Assembly (NCBI GenBank): GCA_025558095.1
Contig: JAIVFI010000019.1
Location: 1-64,000, forward strand
DNA length: 64,000 nt
Source of the DNA: Hyaloraphidium curvatum SAG 235-1
Lineage: Eukaryota > Fungi > Monoblepharomycota
Reading direction: 5' to 3'
How positions within the stretch are numbered: position 1 is the stretch's first letter; each line of letters opens with the position of its first letter. Of this stretch, positions 1 to 10,995 are shown in pieces. The notes beneath the pieces are model-generated. The model saw only the letters and a list, made by a program, of their open reading frames with translations. It did no database searches and was not told where the DNA came from. A program made the translations under genes and the position numbers.

Positions 1-544
1 CGTCGTCCTCGCGACGGGCTTCGATGCCGTCACGGGAAACTACCTCAAGATCGAGACCGTGGGGAGGAACGGGGCACGGCTGGCGGACCGGTGGAAGGAC
101 AGGGCACACTCGTACCTTGGGCTGTTCGTGCACGGATTCCCGAACCTCGCGACCATCTTCGGGCCCATGGGTGGGTGCCTCGAGGGCAACGGGATGGGGA
201 TCGCACGCTCACCCGCTCGCTTCTTCGCAGGGCCGTTCACCAACCAGCCCCCCGTGCACGAGTACCAGGTCGAGTTCGTCTCCCGCCTCTTCCTCCACCT
301 CCGCCAAAACAACCTGACCTCGGCCGAACCCACCGCCGCCGCCGAGGGGTCCTGGATGGACGCGTGCGACGCGATCGCGGCGGGGACGCTGTTCCCGCAG
401 TGCGACTCGTGGATCAACGGTGCCAACCTGCGCCACCTGGGGAAGCCGGTGTCGGTGTACTTTTACATGGGGGGGATGGCGGAGTACGCGAAGCTCGCGG
501 AGAAGGAGGAGGAAGGGGGATGGAAGGGATTCGAGGTGCGGTGA
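1..544 (+). CDS. Baeyer-Villiger (cyclohexanone monooxygenase-like) flavin monooxygenase, 3' part; 5' end outside window
   Basis: Frame from nt 2 reads VVLATGFDAVTGNY...GLFVHGFPNL...GPMG|PFTNQP...QVEF...SWINGAN...YFYMGG, the BVMO C-terminal motifs. In-frame GT-AG intron 171-230; stop 542-544. Confidence 0.9.
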   Translation, partial: VVLATGFDAVTGNYLKIETVGRNGARLADRWKDRAHSYLGLFVHGFPNLATIFGPMGGCLEGNGMGIARSPARFFAGPFTNQPPVHEYQVEFVSRLFLHLRQNNLTSAEPTAAAEGSWMDACDAIAAGTLFPQCDSWINGANLRHLGKPVSVYFYMGGMAEYAKLAEKEEEGGWKGFEVR

Positions 545-758
545 GGGGGATGCCGGGGGTGCGTCGTGGGGAGCAAAAGCGGCAGCCCGGCAGTGGCCGC
601 GCCGGGCGGGCGAGGGAAGCTTGTCGGAGGATGCGCGGTACGGGGATGCCGGAGATCGTGCCGCGGGATGGATCGTAGGATTGTCGGCAACACGAGCCTG
701 AACCCGGTACCCCCCGTCTCTCGCCCGTCGTGGCCTACCGGCCGCTTGCCGATCCCCA

Positions 759-1349
759 TCAATCCCCCGTTGTCCACATGCAGGCCTTGCCGACGACATA
801 CACGCGCGACTTGGGCAGGTGTAGGCAGAGACCCCTGACCGTCAGCACCCAGTCCCCAAACAGCTCCCCGCAATCCGCGTGCGCCATCATCCCGTGCGCG
901 TTCTGCCTCGTGCACTCGGAAATGAACAGCTCGATGCACTGCACCCCGTGCCCGCTGTTGTCCGCGCTGAAGCCCATCGGGTACCAGGCCGCGTGCTCCT
1001 CGTTGCGCTCGTGGTGGTCGCGGTGTCCCGGCAGCCCGCACAGGCTGCGCCACACGCTGAACGTCGCGCCGGTCTTGACGCGGTGGTTGTACGTGGTGTT
1101 TGGCTGCTTGAAGTCGAGGAAGAAGTGGGTCGCCTGTGCGGAGCGGGGTCAGCGGCGCCGCGCGGGGCGCCGCCTTGGACTTGCCTGGTCCATCCTGGCC
1201 GCGCACCGCAGCTCCCCGTTCTTGTGCGGGTGACAGCGGACGGTGTGCTCGTTGCGGTAGGTGGCCGCGTCCTGGGAGCCGGCGGCGGCGCGGACGAGCA
1301 GCGCGAGGCAGGCGAGGAGGGCGGGGAGCAGCAGCCGCGGGCCGCGCAT
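759..1349 (-). CDS. Small secreted Cys/His-rich protein of unknown function (179 aa)
   Basis: Signal peptide MRGPRLLLPALLACLALLVRAAAG. A GC-AG intron 1134-1184 (CAG|GCAAGT...CTGAC...CAG) joins ORF 1149-1349 in frame to ORF 759-1055; spliced length 540 nt. Confidence 0.7.
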
Positions 1350-1950
1350 CGCTGGTCGTGGGAAGCGGCACGGGCTTCGTCTCGCGTGCGGCGCGGGTGG
1401 GCGCGCGCGCTGGCGTTCCGCCGCAGAGGGGGGGAAGTCGGTTCTGTGGACCCGCGAATCGCCCGGGCCCGTGCGTCATTGCGGAGGCGGGCAACTTGTC
1501 ATCCACGAAATCCGCCCGACCTTCCCCGAATCCCCGTGACTGTCGGCATCCGGCATAATCCAGTCCGTCAAAGTCACAGTGCGGACAGGGTTACTCCCCC
1601 CCGCACGCACAACGCCGAGAATTCAACCGATTTCCCGGCTCGCCGGCCTGCTCCCTAACCGACGACCCCTCTTCAATGAACTGGTATCTGGAGAAGGGTG
1701 GACTCGACGACGGATGTGTCTGTTATTTGCGAACGCCTGTCACTTGTCCTGCGATGGAGGTTCCAGTTGGTACCGCGTGCGTGCCTCCGGCTCGGTCCAT
1801 GCATCCTCGTCATCGAAAGTCCATTTCGCCGGGGTCGATTGAGTCTTGGAACCACTGAACACGGGACCCAAAATCCGAGCTTCTGGTCCGGTCCTGGGGG
1901 CAGCCCTAAGAAGAAGAAAATGGGATATTCCAAGGGAATGGCATGGGGCT

Positions 1951-2049
1951 GACATGGGCGTGACATGGGCGTGACATGGTCCTGACATGGGCCCGACATG
2001 GGCCCGACATGGGCCTGACATGGGCTGGACATGGGCTGGACATGGGAAG
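1951..2049. repeat. Tandem minisatellite, 11-bp unit GACATGGGCNN x9
   Basis: gacatgggcgt gacatgggcgt gacatggtcct gacatgggccc gacatgggccc gacatgggcct gacatgggctg gacatgggctg gacatgggaag, with extra degenerate units near 1941 and 2071. Confidence 0.9.
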
Positions 2050-2874
2050 TCCGAGAGGGGAAATCAAGTGGACATGGGATTCGGTCATATGCCCATGGGA
2101 AAACAGTCGGGGGTCGGGAAGTGTAGGACGCTGTGGCGGTCCAGGCCGCCTGTACATAGTTTGTTCCTTAGCAGGACATTTCTGGATAGCTGGGACATCG
2201 CGGGCGGAGCTGTGGCACAGCGGAGACGCTCCGGCACAGCAGCGACGCTGGCATCGTCTCTGGGAGCGTCGCCGACACGCACAGCAGGGACGCTACCGTC
2301 GTTGCTGGGAGCCCGTAATGAGCCTAGTACACGACGATGAATGCGAGGGTCATCGCACCTGTTGAAGGTCTGCTTGAGCTTGGTTCCTCCGGGCACCTCC
2401 ATCTCGTACGCGAAACCCGCCCGCGGAGTCTCCAAGGCCCTCCGTACGCCTTCGAGGCACGCCGGCTGCGTCTTGGAAACCTCGTGCAGGAACTGCTCCC
2501 GCAGGGCGGCCTCGACGAACGCGGACCGGGGAAGGAGGAGGTCCACCGGGTGCTCGAGGACGCCGGCCAGCAGCCCGTCCGGCGAGAGGTGAACGGGAAC
2601 CAGGGCGGAGGGCTCGGCGCGACCCGCACGGCGGCCTGCGTGCCGCCTTCGCTGGCCATACTGGACAAGTCTAAAGAAGGCGGTGACGCTGGCGTTTGGT
2701 TTTCAATTCGCTGGGGGAACTAGCGCCACGTGTGTGTCAAATTGCACTTCCGGGACAGTCGTGCTACTTGTGAACACATATCGAAATGAGGCGACGGAGA
2801 CGCTGGTGTCGATGACGGAGATAAAGATCTACGGCGCGCAGCATCCATTAATTGCAAGGGTCCCGTGCCCCAAG

Positions 2875-5739
2875 CTACTCCTCCCCGCCCCCGCCCTCGG
2901 CCTCCTGCCGGATCATCTCCTCCACCTCCCCCGCCTCCCGCTCCATGATCTTGCTCCTCTCCAGCGCCCGCTTGGCGTAGTCCATCCGCGCGGCCTGCTT
3001 GAACCGCAGCGCGAGCTTCTTGGCCTCGACCGCACCGGCGCGGAGCTGCGCGAGGTAACCTGTCCGCGAGACCGCGCGTCAGCCACCTTCCCGTCCGGCG
3101 GCAAGCGACGGCGGTGCGCACCGTCCATGGTCAGCTTCCCCGTCTGCACGGCGATGACCAGCATCTGCTCCCTGATCTGCAGCGCCTGCTTGCGCATCGC
3201 CGCGTCCTCCCTCTCGGCGGGGGTCCGCGCGGCGGCGATTCGCGCGTCGCACGTGCCGAGCTCGTGCTCCACGACGGCGTTGGAGAGGATGGCGTCGGGG
3301 GAGTCGAAGGAGGCGGCGAGGTCGTCGGCGTCTTCGGCGGGCTCGGGGAGGGCGGGGGCGGGTTCGGCCGCGGAGGGTTTGGAAGGGTTGGCGGGGGCCA
3401 CTGGGGATGGTTGGGTGGGGGGTGCGGCAGGGCCGGGTTGCCTTGCCGGGGAGGATGATCGTGGCAGGGTGGGGGAAGGTGCCTTGGGCCCCGGCCTCTC
3501 GAGCGTCGCCGCCGGCTTCCCCTCCCCCCCCACCACGGCCTTCACCCCCGCGGCCCCCGCAGACGGCGGCACGTCCCCCCTCTCCTCCTCCTTCCTCGGC
3601 ATCGCCGCCCCCCTCCCGTCCCCCACGTCCAGCGACACCCACCGCTCCGCCACCTCCACCACCTCCGGGCCCTTGAGCGGCGTCCGCATCCGCACCGCAA
3701 CCTCGACCCTCCCCCCCGTCCCCCTCCGCGGGTTGCTCGGGTCCGCGAGCTCCGCGACCTCCCTGACCTCGCACTTCCCGAGCAGCTCGGCCAGCGGTAT
3801 CTGCGCCCTCCCCAGGGACACCTTGCCCCGGAACCATCCCCGGCTGTGCCACGCCTCCACCACCAGCTTCTTCCTCTCCAGATGCCTCGCAAACGACCTC
3901 GACGTCCGGTCCACCGGCACCCTCTGCGCGAACCCGAACCTTGGATCCGGCCCGCGCGCCTGCGCGGTGGTCCCCGTCCCCTCGGGCTTGGTCGCGTCGC
4001 CGTCCCCCGCGGGGTAACCCAGGTCGAACGTGCACGAGACGTCCAGGTCGGCGGCGCGGACGTCCCGGTGCGCGAGGTTCTCGCACCCCCCGATGCACAC
4101 CTCGAGCTCGCCGGGGTCGAGGTCGGGGAGCTGCCGCTCGAGCCGGTACTCGACCGTCTCGGTCCGGAACGGCGGCATCGGCCGGCCCGATCGGGCGAGC
4201 GCTTCGACGGTTTCGAGGTCGGCGGTGTAGAGCTTCTTGAGCTTGTGGAACCGCAAGGCGAGGTCCTTGTCCCCGCGGCGGTAGGCAAAGGCGGCGGCGG
4301 CGGTGCAGGAGGAGATCTGGTGGCGCAGGGAGGTGGCGAGGAAGGTGGGGAGGTCCGCGGCGGGGGCCGAGTCGGCGGGGGAGGGGGGTACGTCCGGAAT
4401 GGCGGTGGTGCCCAAGGGCTGCGCGCGGGGGTCGCCGACGGGTTTGGTGAGCGGGCGGGGGACCGGTTTTGCCGCTGGGGCGCCGGAGGGTTTGGTAGAA
4501 GGAGGGCCCGGGTCCGCAAACCCCTGGGGAAGGGGCCGCCCCGACTCCAGGGCGGAGACAGCGTCGCCGATCCGCTTGGCGGCGACGAGGTGGTCCCGCG
4601 CTTTCGGCATGTCCCCGGCCTTCTTGGCCGCGAGCGCGGCGGTGCGGTATTCCTGCAGCCGCTTGCGGAGGAGGTTGAGCTGCGGGTTGGATGAAGGTTT
4701 CGGGGAGGGTGAAGGGGAACGGGCGGGGCCGGGGGAGGGGGAGAGCGAGGGGCCGAGGTCGGGTTGGGAGAGGGAGGCGACCTTTTGCTCGAGCTGCTTG
4801 AGATCGACGAGCGCCTTGCGCGCCTTGGTGGTGTCGCCTGCCCGTTTGAGCTTGACCGCCTGTGGGCACCGTCGCAAACTCGGTGTGAAACTCGTCACCC
4901 ACCGCCACACGTCGGCCGCCCACCTTGACCTTCTGCTTCTCGATGTACTTGGTGAGCATCTTGGCGTCCGACGCGCCCAGCATCTCTTCGATCGTCGGGC
5001 CCTCGTCCGCTTCTTCCGGCTCGCCCTCGTCCATGTCGTCGGGTGCCGGGGGAGGGGAGGCTGCGGCGGGGCTCGACGGGCCCGCGGCACCGGGGTGGAC
5101 CTTGTTAAGCTCTGCCTGTGGGCAGTCAGAGGTGCACACCTGTCAGTCCCCGCAGGAGGCACGGACGGGTCTTCGCTATGTAGCCCACCAGCAGCTCCGG
5201 GTCGTTCTCGTCCTCCTCGCCGAACTCGACCTCCACGTCTGCGTGCGGATCCGTCGGCACCTCGATGCCCAGCGCCGCGATGGGGTCGTCCGCCGGGGAG
5301 GGCGGCAGAGTGGGCTCGGGCGGAGGTTTCGGCGGCGCGGGCCTGGGTGCCGGGGCAGTTGAAACGGGAGGGGGGGCGGCCCGCGGGGCCTTGGCTGCGG
5401 GGGGCTTTGCGGTCGACTTTGTCAGGGAAGCCAGCGCCGCCTCGTCGTCGTCGTCGGCATTGCCGCCGTCGCCTGCCAGGGCCTGCAGCTCCCTCTGCGA
5501 CGCGTCGAGAAGTCAGATCCGACGCGTCCAAACAGCTGCCGGCACAGTAAACCCACGAGCAGCGCAGGGTCATTCAGCTCGCTCTCGTCGAACTCGGCGC
5601 CCTCCACGTCGTCGTCGAACGACGTCGGCAGCGAAAAGTCGAGGCCGGCCGGGTTCGCGCGCGGCTTGCGCGGCGGGGCGGCCGACGACGGCTTGGCGGG
5701 GGGAGCGCCGCCGCTCCACAGCCCCGAGAGGAAGCTCAT
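2875..5739 (-). CDS. CC2D1: Coiled-coil and C2 domain protein 1 (CC2D1A/B, Lgd-like; DM14 repeats + C2), ~867 aa
   Basis: Introns 5495-5556, 5116-5188, 4860-4923, 3060-3121 give one open frame. It has two NDP(A/E)LLxEL motifs, DM14 repeats (e.g. LRKRLQEYRTAALAAKKAGDMPKARDHLVAAKRIGDAVSALESGRPL) and a C2 domain (ELEVCIGGCENL...KLVVEAWHSRGWFRGKVSLGRAQIPL...TGGRVEVAVRMRTPL). Confidence 0.88.
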
Positions 5740-5938
5740 CGCGTTTAGGGCGTCCTTCCAGGCCGGGCCGGAAGGAGACGCGGTCGTTGGGTGTCCGCGC
5801 ACCTATCGGAATTGCTAGGAAGCCGACCAGGAAAGCGGGAAATTCCGGTTAGAAAGTCCTACGATCCCCACACCCACAAAGGGATCCCCCGGGACGCGTC
5901 CGCGGGGCGCCGGGTGGCCCGAGCGCCAGCGAGCCCGA

Positions 5939-7833
5939 ATGGAGGCGCCATGTGAGCCGCCCGATGCGGGCGTGGAGTGGGCGGCCGCGGTCGAGGCGGC
6001 GCGGAGGGCCGCGGCGGGCGACGAAGCCGGTGGCCAAGCGGAGCTTGCGGACGAGGCCGAGGACGGCGGGGACAAGTCCCTTGCAACGCGGACATCCTCT
6101 CTGGGATCGGCGGCTGGCGATCGGCTCGGGTTCGGAGGGCCCGCCGGGTCGCCTGCCGCCGGACACCCCGCATGCCCCCCCTGGGACTCTTGGCGGCAGA
6201 TGCCGCGGACGCAACCGGCGCCGCCCTCGCCGACGGCCCGCTTTCTGCTGGACCTCGTTTCCCCGCTGGCCCCGCCGCCCGACATCTCCGCCGACCCCTC
6301 GTCGCTGATCCGCCCGGCCGTGCTCGCCTACTGGACCTCCTTCCACCCCCTCTTTCCCGTGGTGCACAAAGCTGCCTTCGAAGCCGCCTTTGCCGCGCAG
6401 TCGGCAATCTACAAATCCGGACCGCCGCTGGCCCTGCTGTTCGCCATCGCCGCGCTGGGCAGCCGCACCGTCGGCGGGCTCCCCGAGGCGGAGCGGATCG
6501 CGTTTGCGGCGTGGTGCTGCGACGTTTCTCGGATGCTGGTGCTGGCGCGGGCGCCGGCGGACATCGAGGGCGCGCAGGCAATGTGCCTGATGCTGCACGT
6601 GCTGCTGATCGCCGGGCTGCCGCGGAAAATGTACGCGGTCCTGCAGCACTGCGCCAACACCTGCGATAGGCTGTGGTTCGGCCTCAAGCCCGGGTTCCCG
6701 ACGAGCGCCAACGCGTGGATCTACCGCGAGCTGGTGCTCCGCCTGCGGATCCTGGTCGGCGCCTTCGACGTCAGCACGGCCTTCTACAGCGGCGGCAAGA
6801 TGTTTGCCCACTACTTCTACCCCTCCACCTTCCCCCTCCCGGCCGGCGAGGGCTTCTTCGACCACCCGGACCCCTCCTCGGCCTTTGACGCCTACCGCTC
6901 CCTCCGCCGCACCGGCGAGCCCTCGATGCGGTTCGGCACCCTGGACTGGGACGCCGTCGGCCGCTCCGTCGCGGTGCTCGCCGCTGCCCCCTTCTCGGGC
7001 TCCTCGGTGCTCTCACTCTTCCACTACGCCTCGTTCGCGCGATACGTGCGGATGGCCCTCTCCCGCCCCACCCCGGCCTTCTCGGTCTTCGCGGCGCAGT
7101 ACGCCGCCCTGGTCGACTCGGCGCTCACCTCCCTCCCGCCGGACGTCTCCCTCCCCCTCTCGCGCGGGGACCCGCTCCCCTTGCTCCGCTCCCCGCACTT
7201 CCCCACCCGCGCGCACGCCCACGCCGCCGTGCTCTCGCTGCTCTTTGCCGACGTGCACGCGGTCGAGGCCGGGCTGTCGGCTGACCCCTCGGCCGAGCAG
7301 AGGGGGGAGGTGATCGCGCGGTGCCTGCGGGTGGCGAGCGCCGCGCACGCGCTGGCGCTGGACGATCCCGAGGGGAGGATCGCGAACCACGTGCTGGCCA
7401 ACCCGGCGTACGTCGTCGGGAGGGTGCTTCTGGCCGAGGTGGCGGCTGGGAGGGGCGGGAAGGAGGCGGTGAGCGGGGTGGAGAAGGTGGCGTGGTGCCT
7501 GGAGCTGTACGGGCGGTGCTTCGGGCTCCAACGTGGGTGCAGCGTTCCGTGTTTGCCGGGAGGATGGTGGTGCTGACATCCGATCGATCGCCGGCAGCGC
7601 GACGGCTCGCCGCGCGGTTCGCGCAGGAGTGCCTCCGCGCCGGCCTGCGGCAGGTCCCGCAGCGGGACCCCGGGCCGGCGCCGATCGGCGACGATCCGGG
7701 CCCCGCGCCGATCGACGACGATCCTGCCCCGCGGGGGGGCGAGGGGGAGGCGAGGTTCTTTGCCGAGGTGCTGCTGGAGGGGGGAGAGGGGAAGCTGGGG
7801 TGGCTGCCGGCGGTGAGACCCGTGGCGTCGTGA
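5939..7833 (+). CDS. Fungal-specific transcription factor (middle homology region) protein without a visible Zn2Cys6 cluster, ~609 aa
   Basis: YWTSFHPLFPVVHKAAF...LLFAIAALGSR...IEGAQAMCLM...WIYRELVLRLRILVGAFD matches the MHR pattern. Intron 7533-7597 links to a final exon ending at 7833. Confidence 0.75.
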
Positions 7834-8122
7834 GGCGGACGGGGGTGAAGGCTGCGGGGTGTCTGATACCTGGGATCGCGGCGTGGTGCTGTTTGCGCTC
7901 GGATGTCCGTGGAACGGAAGGCGGATGGTCGGGCGGCGTCAGCATCCGCGATCGATCCGCGTGTCCGATCCCTTGCCCCCTGCTCCCGCGCCGTTGAGCG
8001 CACGTTCCGGCCCCTGCTGCGGGGCCAGCGCCCGGCCGGTGCGGACGCCGAGTGGATCTCCTCGCGAGGGCCGGAAAGGAGCCGGGCCCGCGGCCGCTGG
8101 TGCCGCCCGGAGCGACAGCAGC

Positions 8123-9471
8123 ATGGAGGTTTCCGACGCTTCCGCGCTCCGCAAACGGACACCCGGGTCGGGCGACGACGGCGAGGGCCTCGGCAAATCC
8201 GGAGAGGGCGGCAACGGCGCCGGCACGGTGGTGGTCGTCGGCGACCCGCCGCCGCCGGGCAAGCCCGAACCCCGCCCCCCTCTGTCGCTGAAGGAACGCG
8301 CGGCCGCGCTCTGGGCCGACCGCACCTTCCGCCGCTCGGTCTTGGTCACCGCCGCGATGCTCGTCATGGTGCTCGGCGTCGTGCTCGGCTTCTACTTCGG
8401 CTGGCGCCGGGGCACGGACCTGGAGCTCGGCGGCGTGGGCTACAGCGCGGAGCTGCACAACGTCACCATCGAGGAGGTGGCCGAGTGCCTGGGGTTCGCG
8501 GCGATCAACAGCACCAGTTCGTTCGTTCTCGTCTACCTGAACATCATCCAGGTGGACCTGCAGGCGTTCGAGATGCCGGTGCGGTTCAGCTCCATCGCGT
8601 GCGGGCCGGCGCTGGTCGATGCGGACGGGGTGACCTACGACGACATCGACGTGACGCTGGATTTCTCGACCAACACGATACCCAAGGGCGGGGTGTCGGT
8701 GCAGGGGACCTACGAGTACAGCCTGACGGGCGGGCCGCTCTACAGGTGGGCATCACCCGGCGTCTAGCATCTTCCTCTCCCACTTCAAAAACCCACCGTC
8801 CTCCATCGCTACCAGCTATCCCTTCGACGTCTGGAACTCCCAGATCATCCTCAACGCCTGGCGCCGCGGCCGCAACACCACCGACAAGGTCCCCGTCGGC
8901 ATGGTCCTTAACCCCGTCTCCTCCTCCTTCTTCATCTCGGCCAACGAAGGCAGCTCCATCACCACCATCAACCGCGGCGTGCTGCGGGACGCGCTGCTGG
9001 TCTACGTGACCGTCTCGCGCGCGAGCACCTCGATCGCCATGGTCATCCTCATCGCCCTGTCCATGTGGGTGCTGTCGGTGTCGATGCTCATCACGGCGCT
9101 GGACGCGGCCTACATACGGCCGCACCGGATCGAGGCGGACGTGGTGGGCGCGAGCATCAGCCTGCTGTTCGCCCTGCCGCAGCTCCGGTGGGTTCCCTTC
9201 CCCCCGCCTTGGCTCCGCTTTGCCTGACAATCCCACTCCCGCTGCCAGCGACGCGATGCCGGGCATCCCCTCCCTCGGCTTCGCCCAGGTCGACGTGTTC
9301 GCCTACTCCGTCTGCCTGCTCGTCTCGGCGGTGGCGGCCATCATCCTGCTGTGGGAGTTCATGGTCAAGACGCACGTGGTGGACGGGATGGACACCACCG
9401 AGGTGGACGCGAAGGAGGTGGTGGGGGGGATGGAGGACAAGGACCACGTGGACAGGGTGGAGACGGGGTGA
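8123..9471 (+). CDS. DUF4436-like membrane protein (N-terminal TM, extracellular beta domain, 3 C-terminal TMs), ~405 aa
   Basis: Introns 8746-8815 and 9188-9248. Motifs YSYPFDVW and LLFALPQLRDAMPGIPSLG..VD are typical of DUF4436. Confidence 0.8.
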
Positions 9472-9689
9472 AGGGGGGCCCAGGGGAGGCATCCTACTTG
9501 CTGGAACATGGAGCGTGTAGTGTAGCATGTGAGCCATGTGACTTGAATGTATTGACTCCAGATCCTGCGAGGCAACGGGCGGCGGGAGACCGGCGGGGAA
9601 ACGTCCTCGAGCTCCTCGCGAGAGCGAGCTTCCCGCGCTCCCTCTGCCCGTCGGCGCACGAAACACGAGGATCTCCCTTCTCCAACCAA

Positions 9690-10883
9690 ATGATTTCCGA
9701 TCCGCCTCCTTGTTCGTACGCGGAACCGCGCCTCCTCCTCGAGCTCCTCGCCCTCGTCGGCGCGCACCTCGCCTCCTCCCTCTCCCACCGGACGCTCCTG
9801 CACCTGATGCTCTCCTCGCGCAAATCCCACGCATTCCTCCGCGCGCTCTTCGAACGCACTGCCGTCAGACGCGTGCACGCGGGGTTCGTCTCCTCCGCGC
9901 CCGGGACGGAGGCGGAGCTCTGGGGGGTCAACACGTCGACGGCGGCGGCGCTGCGGAGGACTGTCCCTTGGGGGGGAATCAGGATGGTCAGGGACGTGGT
10001 CGTGGTCGGCGCGGTGCGGCCGGGGGACGCGGTGCACGTTCGGAAGCCGGGGGAAGGCGTGCTCATGGTCGACGAGCTCGCGGGGTGCGTGAGGAGGCCC
10101 GAGGGCGCGTCGGAGGACGAGTTCTGGACGGGTGTACTCGAAAATGGATGAACACTGCCTGCGTTTCTGTTCCTTGGTCTGCCTCCTGCGTCAGCATGCC
10201 CCGTCACAGGGGGCCCTCCTTCCGCGGGCCTCGACCATCATCCAGCGCGCCTCCTCCTACGAAACCTCCAGAACCACATCTCCGTGGGGAACGCATCCGC
10301 ACGATGGGCAGCAGTGCTTGTCGGGGAACGGGTAGGCCGCCTTGCACGCCGCGCAGGCGAACCATTCCTCTGCCCCCGCAGCACAGACCCGAGCATCAGG
10401 ACCCGCTGTGATTGCGGCACTCCGTTTGCGCCGGACATGATCGTGATAGATTTGAGCGGAGGCAAGGTGTCGATGAAGGCCCTCGAGTCTGGGGGCACGC
10501 AGGCCGCGCGCTTGCGCCGCGGTCCGCCCGGCCTGACGGGGCCGTCGCCGTCCCCCATCTCGCTGGGAGGTCCTTCTCGGGCAATGTCGGACCGGGTCGA
10601 AGTAGTAGTAGACGTCCATTGCGCTGGTCTCCTCGGGGGGGCCGGCCGGCGGAACGGCACGGCCAGGTGCGGGCGAGCCTCCTCCCGAGGGGTGAGGCGC
10701 GGTGCCGACGACCTGAGCGGTTGGAGCGGAGCGAGCGGTGTCCGCCGAGGGCATTGCAGGTGCAGGCTTGTGGTTGGGCTGCTGAGGCTGGATGTTGTGC
10801 GAATGATGACCTGTGGCACGAGCGCCTCCCGACGACTTGTCACCCAAAATCGTTGCCCCGCCTGGAACCACATCGCCTCTTAG
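9690..10883 (+). CDS. Hypothetical protein, possible F-box-like N-terminus
   Basis: ATG 9690 (LLELLALVGAHLASSLSHRTLLHLMLSSRK). ORFs ending at 10151 and 10883 share a frame and could be joined by a weak 63-nt intron 10132-10194. Confidence 0.35.
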
Positions 10884-10995
10884 GAAGCCAAAATTGCAGT
10901 GAAACGTCTATGATGCCAGTCTATCAGTCAATCTAGGGTATGTGCAATGCGCGAGATGTGCCCCCCCCACCCCCTTCCTCCACATCGGACGGAGC

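Noticed and set aside
1951-2049. 11-bp array as a CRISPR array or telomere repeat
   Set aside because: Units are contiguous with no spacers, the context is eukaryotic with no cas genes, and the array is internal and degenerate.
7664-7730. Short DPGPAPI(G/D)D coding repeat
   Set aside because: An ordinary low-complexity duplication in a disordered tail.
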